A stretch of 64,000 nt of DNA from a virus. Shown here piece after piece: positions 1-8,834 of the stretch. The stretch lies in IMG/VR virus record IMGVR_UViG_3300045971_000188. One strand, 5' to 3'. The notes beneath the pieces are model-generated. The model saw nothing but the letters and a program-made list of their open reading frames with translations, was not told the DNA's origin and made no database searches. How positions within the stretch are numbered: the first letter of the stretch is position 1; every line of letters starts with the position of its first letter. Both the position numbers and the translations under genes were made by a program.

Positions 1-25
1 TGGGCAGCGTGAGGGGTGTTGTTTA

Positions 26-1129
26 TTAGATACTGAAGTCGCAGGTAATTACACCAAAGTCTTCAGTAGATTTATCATAGATAGAGTAAAATACAGGTTT
101 CAAGAAACCGAACATTTTATCAATGTTTACACCAGGAGAAGAATCATAGTTGAACCATTTTTCTGACCATTCAGGAGCACCCAAGTCAGCGAAACCAAGG
201 GCTTGAGCACCACATAACAATAATCTAGAACCATCAACCAAACCGCCTGCACCCCATTTAGTAGTAGCACCTAAAGTATTATACACTAAACGATGTTCAT
301 GGAATACCAAGCCATCAATAGTTACGATACCACCAGTGAACCAAGGTGAGTTAGTACCATCTTTCAATGCTAAGTTGGTAACAGCACGTTGATAGTTATC
401 ATCTTTTTTGAGTTGAGCTAAACCTTCTGGACGAATGAAGCAAACATAGTATTCTTTGCCACCAACATTCAAAGGTTTGACGTAATGAGTTTTAGCATAA
501 ACAACTAAATCAACTACAGCTTTGTAGGTGAGAGTATCAGTTGCTGCTAAGTCAGCATTGGTTTTACCCATAGCTGCTGTATACAATTTAGCACCTGACC
601 ATACCAATCCACGTTTAGCAGAAGGGGCAGTTACATTAGCAGCAAAGGCTAAAGTAGAGAATGCACCTGAGGTACGAGCAGCACCATTGTTAGCGTAAGC
701 ATAAGAAATACCTGAGAGGGTAAGGAATGCCAATTGATCCATTCTGTTAGCTAACCAATATGCCAAACGATCTTTAGCATTTTCTCTGAAGTTTACAACT
801 GTCTTTTGTTCTGCTAATTTACCTTTTTGACGTACACCATGACTGATCAAATCAATAGTGATCTTTTGGTTGTAGGTCATCATTTCTTCTTCATTGCCTT
901 CTCTTTCATTGTCTCCGATGACACCATCATCAACTAAGTCGGCTAACAGATGCATGATAACTAATTCACCACGTTCTGTTTTTGTTAACTCTGTAATTCT
1001 TTGAATGACTGCATCTGACCCACCAGTAAATTTATTGATGAAAGTCAAGTCACGAGCTGCTTGCCAAAGGTCTTTTGACCATACCATTTTTTGATCGGCT
1101 GTTAATGCAGCAAAATTAGTTAATGCCAT
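26..1129 (-). CDS. Major capsid protein, N4-gp56/DUF4043-like
   Basis: 367 aa; N-terminus MALTNFAALT..W..D.W..AR...FINKF and C-terminal LCGAQALGFAD...NIDKMFGFLKP resemble the N4-gp56-type capsid family; lies downstream of portal and scaffold genes. Confidence 0.85.
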   Translation of the reverse strand: MALTNFAALTADQKMVWSKDLWQAARDLTFINKFTGGSDAVIQRITELTKTERGELVIMHLLADLVDDGVIGDNEREGNEEEMMTYNQKITIDLISHGVRQKGKLAEQKTVVNFRENAKDRLAYWLANRMDQLAFLTLSGISYAYANNGAARTSGAFSTLAFAANVTAPSAKRGLVWSGAKLYTAAMGKTNADLAATDTLTYKAVVDLVVYAKTHYVKPLNVGGKEYYVCFIRPEGLAQLKKDDNYQRAVTNLALKDGTNSPWFTGGIVTIDGLVFHEHRLVYNTLGATTKWGAGGLVDGSRLLLCGAQALGFADLGAPEWSEKWFNYDSSPGVNIDKMFGFLKPVFYSIYDKSTEDFGVITCDFSI

Positions 1130-1142
1130 TTTAGGTTCCTAT

Positions 1143-1577
1143 TTATATTATGTTTGATTTTATTAGATTGTCTTTTGCAGTTAGTATCTGTAAATTCCAA
1201 GGTACGTGCAAGCCACAAACAAGTTCGTTATTTAAGGGTATTATGTGATCTATGTGATGTTTAACTCCTGTAGTATCTGAAATAATCTTACATTCAAAAT
1301 AGAGATTTTTTATATCCTTCTTTTGTTCATCAGTAAGCCAAGGCGGTGTTGCATTTATTTTCATACAACATCTTATATTACTTTTATAAGTTGAATCTGA
1401 TATATGAGATAAATAATATCTGTTATCATATTCTTTTTTCTTAACTCTATTATTTATAATATACTCTCTATCCTTTAAATATCTACACTGTTTGCAACCA
1501 GACTTATATTTATCAGTTCCTTCATATTTATAAAAATTAGAGAGATCCTTATCTTCATTACATATCTTACATAGCAC
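1143..1577 (-). CDS. HNH homing endonuclease
   Basis: N-terminal CxxC...CxxC; C-terminal HHIDHIIPL...CGLHVPWNLQILTAKDNLIKSN. Confidence 0.8.
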   Translation of the reverse strand: MLCKICNEDKDLSNFYKYEGTDKYKSGCKQCRYLKDREYIINNRVKKKEYDNRYYLSHISDSTYKSNIRCCMKINATPPWLTDEQKKDIKNLYFECKIISDTTGVKHHIDHIIPLNNELVCGLHVPWNLQILTAKDNLIKSNII

Positions 1578-1649
1578 AACCTTTTATCTCCATAGTATTT
1601 CGGAACTATTTGCCGACCCTGTTATCGCTAGGGTATACGAAAGTTAAAC

Positions 1650-1723
1650 TGGCAGATCCTAGGTGACTCGAACACCTAATAGCTCCGTCAAAGGGAGATG
1701 TGTTACCATTACACTAAGGATCA
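1650..1723 (-). tRNA. tRNA-Gln (anticodon TTG) with encoded CCA
   Basis: Folded by hand: TGATCCT-TA-GTGT AATGGTA ACAC-A-TCTCC CT TTG AC GGAGC-TATT-AGGTG TTCGAGT CACCT-AGGATCT-G-CCA (74 nt); G73 discriminator. Confidence 0.9.
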
Positions 1724-1785
1724 ATAATTTGGTGGGTCTATTATAATGCCGGACCCAACGGCAGCTCCAGGATCACCAGAGCGAA

Positions 1786-2715
1786 TTAATCACCTCTAAG
1801 AATACTTTTCTCTTTAGCTGTGAGTTTACTGAAGTCCCTATCACTCATTGTATTAACATTTACCTTACCCATGTCAGAGGTACGAGTAGTAATCTTCTGT
1901 TTGGTAGGTTGCTGTTTAGATGCTAAGGCAGCTTTCTTTCCTGCTTCAGTCTTACGTTGATCACCTAAGCTAACTTTAGTACCCTCTTTCTTTTCATAGA
2001 GAGGTAATACTTTCTTGATGGCTAGTTGTAGTGATTCTACCTTACCCTTACCAGCTGCTAGATAACCTGCCAATAGAGTATTAACAGTTTCTACAGCCTC
2101 TTCATTGTAGGCTTTAGCCTTATGGTTAAGGAAGGGGTATTTAGCTTCCATGTTATTAATAGAACTTTCAAATCTTTCTTTCTCTAAGAGTTGAGAGCTC
2201 TGGGATTTAGCATTATCAGATGCCTCACTCTTAATACCACTAATCATCTCTTGTAAATCTTTTTGATGAAAGGCATTAATTTCATTGCGAAGTTTAGTGG
2301 CTTTAGTTATATCACCACCAATAATAAGATTAATATACTCCTCTTCAGCAGCATCATAATCATACTTAGGTACTTCAGGGGCTTTAGGTTCAGCGCGTTG
2401 CTGTTGTTGCTGAGAGTTATTAATTAGTTTCTCTAGCTGCTCTTCTAACCACAGATTCCTTTCATTTGCCTCCTTCATCCTATTGTTTATTTCATCAAAT
2501 CGTGATTTAGGTATTCGAGGTTCCTTTTTAGGTGGAGCTACTTCTTCCTCTTCTTCATAATCCTCGTCGTCACCTTCAGCTTCACCATCAGAGGAATCAT
2601 CCTCATCGGAATCCTCATCTTCACTTTCCTCTTCACCATCCAACTCTTCAACTTCATCTTCGTCAGATCCTTCAAAGAAATCACCACGATCTACTACTTC
2701 TTCTTCAATGCTCAT
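1786..2715 (-). CDS. Putative capsid scaffolding protein
   Basis: Very acidic N-terminus, IPKSRFDEIN coiled-coil motif, position between portal and MCP. Confidence 0.65.
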   Translation of the reverse strand: MSIEEEVVDRGDFFEGSDEDEVEELDGEEESEDEDSDEDDSSDGEAEGDDEDYEEEEEVAPPKKEPRIPKSRFDEINNRMKEANERNLWLEEQLEKLINNSQQQQQRAEPKAPEVPKYDYDAAEEEYINLIIGGDITKATKLRNEINAFHQKDLQEMISGIKSEASDNAKSQSSQLLEKERFESSINNMEAKYPFLNHKAKAYNEEAVETVNTLLAGYLAAGKGKVESLQLAIKKVLPLYEKKEGTKVSLGDQRKTEAGKKAALASKQQPTKQKITTRTSDMGKVNVNTMSDRDFSKLTAKEKSILRGD

Positions 2716-2796
2716 TTTTAGCCTTTATCGTTAATAACGGAAACACTCAATAACGCTTGAGAGGTGCGGGGTTAATTACATCCATGTAATCGGGGT

Positions 2797-4836
2797 TTAC
2801 ATCATACCTAGTTGTGGTTGTTGCCCTTGAACTTGGGGAGGAGAGAGAGGCATTTCATTTGCGCCTTCGCCTTGTTCCTCTTTGGGGTTCTCTATTGTAG
2901 CCATGAGTGCATCCAATATAGGGGCTAATCTAGGATTAGCAGCAATCAATACTGCAACGTCAGCAACTTGTTTTAAAGTTTCAGCATCCTTTTCTTTTGT
3001 TTTACCTTCCATCTCTTCTATAGTAGCCTTCATAGTTTCTACAGTTAATTGTAGTTGCTCTTTTTGTGCGTCTATAGTTTCTTGATCTGGAGCATTCTCC
3101 AGTTGTTTAGCTATCTCATTCTTACGTGAGAGAGTAGACATTCTTATCATCTCAGCATCAGGTATCATTACTCCATACTTCCTTAGTTCAACTGCTTGAG
3201 CAAACTGAGCATTTTGGAAGGTGATTTGAGTTGGTACATCTGCAATAACTACATCATACTTACCTATACTAACATCGTTGATGAGAGTAGGATCTTCTGT
3301 ACTTTGATCCTCTTGGTTAATCTTAACTGCATGTGGTACAGGTTTACCATTCTCATCTATACCTGTAATCATGAAGGTACGTTCTTGTGTATAGAATCCC
3401 TGTATCAATTTAAGGATTCTCTCAGCAATCATATTACGAGTTCTAAAGAGGTTATCTATAGGAGCTGCTAATTGAATGGCTGATTGATGTACCCTAGATT
3501 GAATAGCTGTACCAGATACTTCAGGACCTTTACCACCTTGGAAGGTTTCAGATACACCTGATATTAATCTAATCAGATCTATTCCTGATGTTACTAGATC
3601 CTTTAGACCCGTAGGGACTTGATTAGGTTCAATCTTAGCTGGAGGAGCTGATCCTTTACGATGCTCTAATACCAACCCTGTTTGTGATCCAACATCTACT
3701 AGATCTTCAGTATCCATGTTTACGAGACTATTCTCCTCTACAATCCATCCAGAGTTGGCAGTAGTGTTTACTACATGTAGAATCTGAGAGTAAACCTTAT
3801 TCAACATCTCCTGTGTTTTGATGAGGTTATCAACTATACCTAGCGTAACACCTCTTCTAAAATATGGAAAGTAAGGGACAATAGTAAAATGATCGTAAGG
3901 GCTCCACTCATCAAAGAGAACAACGTCCCTAGTAGATACAGTCCAGCGGATACGTTTAGTAACTTTCTTAATGATTTCATAACTATTATCCTTAGCAAAC
4001 TTAAGGCGATCTTTAGGCTTCATATCATCAGGTACAGGATAAAGATCACCTGCAGCTGGATCAAAGTAGAAATCCCTGTTTTGTACCTTCCAGAATTGTC
4101 TGTTTACTAGTCGAGCATGTTGTATATCATTAGAGTCTGTATAGAAGGCAGAGTAGTTATTGGTAGTACCAAATTTGTTCCTCTCTTCTTCCAACGAACC
4201 TCTACCAAAGTCAGCTTCTGCAGAGATATTGTTTTCTATTTCTCTCCACTTCTTAAGGCCATAGGTTTCCTTAATGTCATCGAAGGTCATCCAGCTAGTT
4301 ACCATTACATCAGCCCAGTCGTCTGGGTCATAGGATTTAGAGTCTGGGTCTGGCAATACATCTAGCGGGTCTAATGTTTCTATAGCAATATCACCATATA
4401 CATTCTCATTGAAATCCATTTTGACCTCAAAGTATCCTCGTTGTTGGATTAAACCATCGCTAAAGACTTGACTTTCTTTCCATGGAAACTTATTTTGATC
4501 TGTAACGAACATGGTAATCTTGGAGAGTATATCTGATATACCTTGATCATCTTGCTCTCTAGGCTTGTAAGACACATCCATCCTGGATTGGGTTTGGTAG
4601 CCTATAATGGTATTGACTGTAGAGAAGATAATGTTTTCTTCTAGTACTGGTCGACCCATAGCTTCTAAGGTTTGTTTATCTTGGTCAGTCCATTGCCTTC
4701 CGCCACCCAAATAAAAATTCTCATTAATCTTAGCTTGTTGCTGGTAAGATTGATGCCCACGCCGAAGTGCAAGCATATACCTCATCCAAGTCCTATTTGC
4801 TAAATCTCTATCGACTACAACCTGAAGATTACTCAT
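2797..4836 (-). CDS. Portal protein (P22 gp1-like)
   Basis: 679 aa; FYLGGGRQW, DPLDVLPDPD, PYFPYF, GIVDNLIKTQEMLNK and KYDVVI motifs; downstream of TerL. Confidence 0.85.
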   Translation of the reverse strand: MSNLQVVVDRDLANRTWMRYMLALRRGHQSYQQQAKINENFYLGGGRQWTDQDKQTLEAMGRPVLEENIIFSTVNTIIGYQTQSRMDVSYKPREQDDQGISDILSKITMFVTDQNKFPWKESQVFSDGLIQQRGYFEVKMDFNENVYGDIAIETLDPLDVLPDPDSKSYDPDDWADVMVTSWMTFDDIKETYGLKKWREIENNISAEADFGRGSLEEERNKFGTTNNYSAFYTDSNDIQHARLVNRQFWKVQNRDFYFDPAAGDLYPVPDDMKPKDRLKFAKDNSYEIIKKVTKRIRWTVSTRDVVLFDEWSPYDHFTIVPYFPYFRRGVTLGIVDNLIKTQEMLNKVYSQILHVVNTTANSGWIVEENSLVNMDTEDLVDVGSQTGLVLEHRKGSAPPAKIEPNQVPTGLKDLVTSGIDLIRLISGVSETFQGGKGPEVSGTAIQSRVHQSAIQLAAPIDNLFRTRNMIAERILKLIQGFYTQERTFMITGIDENGKPVPHAVKINQEDQSTEDPTLINDVSIGKYDVVIADVPTQITFQNAQFAQAVELRKYGVMIPDAEMIRMSTLSRKNEIAKQLENAPDQETIDAQKEQLQLTVETMKATIEEMEGKTKEKDAETLKQVADVAVLIAANPRLAPILDALMATIENPKEEQGEGANEMPLSPPQVQGQQPQLGMM

Positions 4837-5339
4837 TTGTTACCCTTTTGTAAGTTTATAATTGCGGGAATTACTCGCAGATTGTTTGGTATATGTAGAC
4901 CAGACACAAACTTACCTTGTAATGGTATGATATGATCTACATGAAATTTTATCCCTAAGCAATTAGATAACCTATTAGATAGCTTATATAAAGCCTCTAT
5001 TTGCTTTAAATCAGATTTAGATAGCCAAGATGGAGTTCTTTCTAGCTTACTGGCTCGTCTCTTAGACCACATTGCAACATGCTTTGGCCTAAGATCTTCC
5101 CAATTATTCTTTCTATACTCTTTTTGCCTCTCTCTACATTCACTGTGATTGTTGGAGTAATACTTTTTGCAACTTTCTGATTTCTTACTAGGATTATTTT
5201 TGTAGTATGTTTTTACTCGTTTAGCACAACAAGCCTTACACTTATTATGAAAGCCCCACTTACTTCCCTTATTTCTTGTGAACTCTGTAAATTCCTTTTC
5301 TTCACCACAACAAGTACAAGCTTTAGTCAGTATCAACAT
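4833..5339 (-). CDS. HNH homing endonuclease (paralog of 1143-1577)
   Basis: CTCC/CKAC Zn motifs, TPSWL, FHVDHIIPLQG..VSGLHIPNNLRVIPAIINLQKGN. Confidence 0.8.
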   Translation of the reverse strand: MLILTKACTCCGEEKEFTEFTRNKGSKWGFHNKCKACCAKRVKTYYKNNPSKKSESCKKYYSNNHSECRERQKEYRKNNWEDLRPKHVAMWSKRRASKLERTPSWLSKSDLKQIEALYKLSNRLSNCLGIKFHVDHIIPLQGKFVSGLHIPNNLRVIPAIINLQKGNK

Positions 5340-5365
5340 ATATTATAAGGTATCTCAAAATAAAG

Positions 5366-5394
5366 TTAGAGTACAATAAGTTAGAGTAAGTTCC
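5366..5394 (-). promoter_or_regulatory. sigmaE/AlgU-type promoter GGAACTT-N17-TCTAA
   Basis: Exact consensus in the 56-bp gap between TerL and HNH/portal, oriented with the late genes. Confidence 0.7.
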
Positions 5395-5395
5395 C

Positions 5396-6733
5396 TTAGG
5401 CCACCCTCCAATTCTTCGTATGTAAGGTTTTAATCTTATCCTTAAGGAAATCACTGCGATAAGATCTGGATTTAGGCATTGATATACCGATAGCTAAGTA
5501 TCTGAAAGCATCTGCCCCATCACTTGCCCAATTATGATTTGGTTGGTCCTTAAACATTTGCCCTTTCTCATCCCAAACTTTGGTATAATTACGGAGAGCA
5601 TCTAGACCTGTAGAGCACTTAACCTTATCAAAGTGACATTGAGGTAAGATCATTCTCACTGCATTTATCCCTTCAGATACTGGCAGTTTAGATAGCACAT
5701 TCAATCTAGTGCCTTTAAATAACTCTTCAGCTACTTCATATCGGGTTCTGCCACTACCAAACTCTATATTAACAATGTCATGAGGAAAGTTGTGAGTCTT
5801 GTAGACATAATTCTTAGATTGTAGGACTTTGGCATAATGCTCTATCCCTTTGTTACATGCGGTATAGTAATCTACTACATGGATCTCCTTACCCATAACC
5901 TGAGTGAACCAGATTGAGGTAGCATCTCCACAACCTATATCCCACCAAGTTTCTACAGGGGCTGAAGGATCATGAAGTACTTTCCCTATCTGGCCATTCT
6001 TCTCTAGTTCTTCAATGTGAGAGAGATAGTAGAAGCCTTGAGCATTAGCAGTCCAAGAGTTATAGTATTCTTGTTGTATCAACTCTTCACTCATTCCAGA
6101 GTCCCTTTCTTCCTGAATCATCTCATCGGATACATACCTATTACCCTGCTCATCAAAGGTTTCTAGAACATTATAGTTCTGTACAAACCAATTTTGATTT
6201 TTGATAGCCATTTGGGTTAGATCGTAGAAATGGTTCTTGCCGTTTGTAGAGGAGTTGAAAGCAGCCCAACCATTATTCTCTACTAAGATAGGCCTGATAA
6301 TATTCCATGCCTTAGGGTTTTGGAAAGCAAACTCAGAGAATACACAACCAACTGGATTAGATCCACGTACCTTATCAAACTTATCAGTACCCATGATTTG
6401 AATGACACTTCCATTAGTTAATACTATCTTCATGTCGGTACTATTTTTACTTTGGACTAGAGGCTCTGGAATATGATCTAAGAACTTAAAACCCCCACCA
6501 TCAATCCCATCCCAAATTACCCGTCTACCTTGGGCATACTCAGGGAAGAAGTAGTAATATACCCCTTTCCTCTTAAGAGCTTCTTTGACAGTCAAATTAA
6601 ACATTGTCTTGTCCTTTCCTGCCCTTCTGTGGTATATGGCAATTAGCCTTTTAAACCCTGAGTCTCTAGCAGTCATCAATTCACGTTGATAGGTACGAGG
6701 TTCAAAGCAATAAGGTATCTGTATTATACCCAT
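5396..6733 (-). CDS. terL: Terminase large subunit
   Basis: Walker A-like HRRAGKDK, Walker B VFSEFA, nuclease-domain WWDIG and HNWASDGADAFRY. Confidence 0.9.
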   Translation of the reverse strand: MGIIQIPYCFEPRTYQRELMTARDSGFKRLIAIYHRRAGKDKTMFNLTVKEALKRKGVYYYFFPEYAQGRRVIWDGIDGGGFKFLDHIPEPLVQSKNSTDMKIVLTNGSVIQIMGTDKFDKVRGSNPVGCVFSEFAFQNPKAWNIIRPILVENNGWAAFNSSTNGKNHFYDLTQMAIKNQNWFVQNYNVLETFDEQGNRYVSDEMIQEERDSGMSEELIQQEYYNSWTANAQGFYYLSHIEELEKNGQIGKVLHDPSAPVETWWDIGCGDATSIWFTQVMGKEIHVVDYYTACNKGIEHYAKVLQSKNYVYKTHNFPHDIVNIEFGSGRTRYEVAEELFKGTRLNVLSKLPVSEGINAVRMILPQCHFDKVKCSTGLDALRNYTKVWDEKGQMFKDQPNHNWASDGADAFRYLAIGISMPKSRSYRSDFLKDKIKTLHTKNWRVA

Positions 6734-7341
6734 ATCTCACCTCTACTACATTTATAACCTTTATGCATCTTATAGAGCCCATTTGCTACTCGTAACATAG
6801 TACTATTATCTAAGTTATTGTCTTTGCAGTATTTGTTTAAACCACCAAATAATTCTATAACCTCTCCGGTTGGTGTAGTAACTATAAACAATTTAGATCC
6901 ATTTTGGAATCTATTTATAAATGAATCACGCATTTTTTGTTTTGTCTCTTCAGAGTGCTTACTACCATACCTATGATTTAGTTCTTTTGGCAATCCTTTT
7001 TGCTTACAATTATTGGATATTTTTAATCTAGTTTCTATTGAGGGCTTTGAATTCTTTCCACCTGTTTGAAGATTATACCCATTAGGTGCTAAAGTATTAT
7101 ATTCCTTAATAAAGTACTCTTCTAGATTATTTGCCTCATCTGTTGTTAGATTATCCTTTAATATTTCGTGCTTAAAAGAGTCCCACCCGTACTTATTTAT
7201 AGCGTTATGGAATGCAAAAAGCTTCTTACGATTTGGGTTCTTATGCTGAGTACACCTTCTATTGTAATTATTAGTTTGCCCAATATACTTCTTACCTGAA
7301 GGTGATGTGTGGCAATAAATAAGATACTCTTTATCTTGCAT
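6724..7341 (-). CDS. GIY-YIG homing endonuclease with NUMOD3-like motif
   Basis: LIYCHT..SGKKYIGQTNNYNRR..QH, EE.FI..YNT..PNGYNL, HSEETKQKMR. Confidence 0.85.
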   Translation of the reverse strand: MQDKEYLIYCHTSPSGKKYIGQTNNYNRRCTQHKNPNRKKLFAFHNAINKYGWDSFKHEILKDNLTTDEANNLEEYFIKEYNTLAPNGYNLQTGGKNSKPSIETRLKISNNCKQKGLPKELNHRYGSKHSEETKQKMRDSFINRFQNGSKLFIVTTPTGEVIELFGGLNKYCKDNNLDNSTMLRVANGLYKMHKGYKCSRGEIWV

Positions 7342-7349
7342 TTTATTCC

Positions 7350-7508
7350 TTAGTCAATATACTCTGAACTTAAAAGATGACCCCTAAACTCAGATATGTC
7401 ACATTCATATATCTTATACCCTTTAAACATCATTTCTAATTTATGTTTATTGAAGGAGCCTTTAGTATAAAGTTTACCTCTATTTGCTATGATATAATAT
7501 ACTTTCAT
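7350..7508 (-). CDS. Small hypothetical protein (52 aa, not in ORF track)
   Basis: Hand-translated MKVYYIIANRGKLYTKGSFNKHKLEMMFKGYKIYECDISEFRGHLLSSEYID; fills the gap in the late operon. Confidence 0.5.
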   Translation of the reverse strand: MKVYYIIANRGKLYTKGSFNKHKLEMMFKGYKIYECDISEFRGHLLSSEYID

Positions 7509-7513
7509 TTAGA

Positions 7514-7726
7514 TTACTCTACAGCATTCTTGGCTTTACCTACATTACCACCTACAATATTTATGTACTTATGAATAATAGAGTATACACCCTCTCCCTC
7601 AGGTACTGGTAATACTGCTGATAGCCAAGCGGCTCCACCAGATACTGAGAGCATCAAAGCCCCTAGAGAAGTCATAAGAACCTGGAGATTATTGGTTATG
7701 CTAATTACTTGATCTATGATTTCCAT
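7514..7726 (-). CDS. Small membrane protein, holin-like
   Basis: 70 aa, one long hydrophobic segment, basic C-terminus NVGKAKNA. Confidence 0.45.
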   Translation of the reverse strand: MEIIDQVISITNNLQVLMTSLGALMLSVSGGAAWLSAVLPVPEGEGVYSIIHKYINIVGGNVGKAKNAVE

Positions 7727-8112
7727 TAGGGATTCCTATTATGTTGTTCAAACTGTTGAATATCAGAGGCTGTCTCATGGATTTGAGAGGTAATGAAGGT
7801 ATGATAACCCCAGAGTCCTGCCAAGGAGGTGGTTGCAAATGCAGCACCTAACAACACTGTTTTGATGGCAATGTTTATTGAGGTAGTTAGCTTGGCTAAA
7901 GTAATATTTAGCTCATTCAATCCATCAACTAAAGTAACTATCTTTTTGGTTGTATCTATTTGAAATGCTTCTAGATAAGCCACCCTTCTTTCCAACTCCT
8001 CGGTTAATCTGTGATATCCATCACTACGCCTATCTACTTGTCCAGAACGTCTATCTTCCTCATTCATATTCACATTATAATCCTCTAGGGGGTATAAAGA
8101 TAATAGCTCCAT
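7726..8112 (-). CDS. Membrane protein, holin/antiholin-like
   Basis: Charged DRR repeats, coiled coil, then one TM helix (IAIKTVLLGAAFATTSLAGLWGY). Confidence 0.45.
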   Translation of the reverse strand: MELLSLYPLEDYNVNMNEEDRRSGQVDRRSDGYHRLTEELERRVAYLEAFQIDTTKKIVTLVDGLNELNITLAKLTTSINIAIKTVLLGAAFATTSLAGLWGYHTFITSQIHETASDIQQFEQHNRNP

Positions 8113-8198
8113 AGGGCCTTTTCCCTTTTTGTCTATTAACTATAGGTTACTATCTCCATGTATTTGTCTAGTAACCTTATACTAGTTGTTAAAGTAGG

Positions 8199-8226
8199 TA
8201 AGACCAGTGGTTTGGGGTTAAGTTCA
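8199..8226 (-). promoter_or_regulatory. sigmaE/AlgU-type promoter TGAACTT-N16-TCTTA
   Basis: Consensus match in the intergenic gap upstream of the holin-like genes and TerL. Confidence 0.65.
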
Positions 8227-8229
8227 TTA

Positions 8230-8547
8230 TTACCAGGGTAGGCCAGTTTGAACTTGAGCACGTTGGATATATGCCTCTAACTCACCTAGGGCCTGCTCTT
8301 CATTAGTGTTTGAGGGATTGCCGTCATCATCTACCACAGTAAACATTCCTTTAATCCAGTTTACTACTCTCTCCTCATTTAACTCTTCAAAAGGGATAAT
8401 ATTAGATTTAGGTGGAGCAAAGGCAGTATGAAAGATAGGGGTGTTACTATTAACACCATCATCAGCTGTTATAGTATAGCAGGCGAATATAATTATTCCT
8501 TCTGCATTACGTTGTAGTTCTTTGATGGAGTAGGTATAAGTTATCAT
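8230..8547 (-). CDS. Small tail-fibre-associated protein
   Basis: MITYTYSIKELQR...IPFEELNEERVVNWIK...GLPW pattern typical of genes following fibre genes. Confidence 0.45.
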   Translation of the reverse strand: MITYTYSIKELQRNAEGIIIFACYTITADDGVNSNTPIFHTAFAPPKSNIIPFEELNEERVVNWIKGMFTVVDDDGNPSNTNEEQALGELEAYIQRAQVQTGLPW

Positions 8548-8831
8548 AATAATAGAGATGAGATAGTGGAAAGGTAAATAGGAAGGAAGAGGTTATAGAA
8601 GAGACTGTGGAAATCCCAAGATCTTTTAGTTAAGGTAGCCCACCAAGGCATATTAGCTCTAAGACCAGAAGAGTAGTGTTCTATATATCTATATTCGGCT
8701 TGAGCATGTTCTCTACCTATAAAGAAGATAGCAGAGGCCCAGACAAATAAAAGGGGATAACCCAAGCTCCAGCCTATAGCTAACATTAACAAGGAGAGAA
8801 AGGTGTGTTCTAGTTCAAATAGTAGTTTCAT
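8544..8831 (-). CDS. Small multi-pass membrane protein
   Basis: Hydrophobic; GREHAQAEYRYIE...RANMPWW motif of a family usually adjacent to tailspike/fibre genes. Confidence 0.5.
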   Translation of the reverse strand: MKLLFELEHTFLSLLMLAIGWSLGYPLLFVWASAIFFIGREHAQAEYRYIEHYSSGLRANMPWWATLTKRSWDFHSLFYNLFLPIYLSTISSLLL

Positions 8832-8834
8832 TAA

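Noticed and set aside
1590-1650. Theta/HDV-like ribozyme after the tRNA 3' end
   Set aside because: No P1 complement to the post-CCA GTTTAAC and no nested double pseudoknot found.
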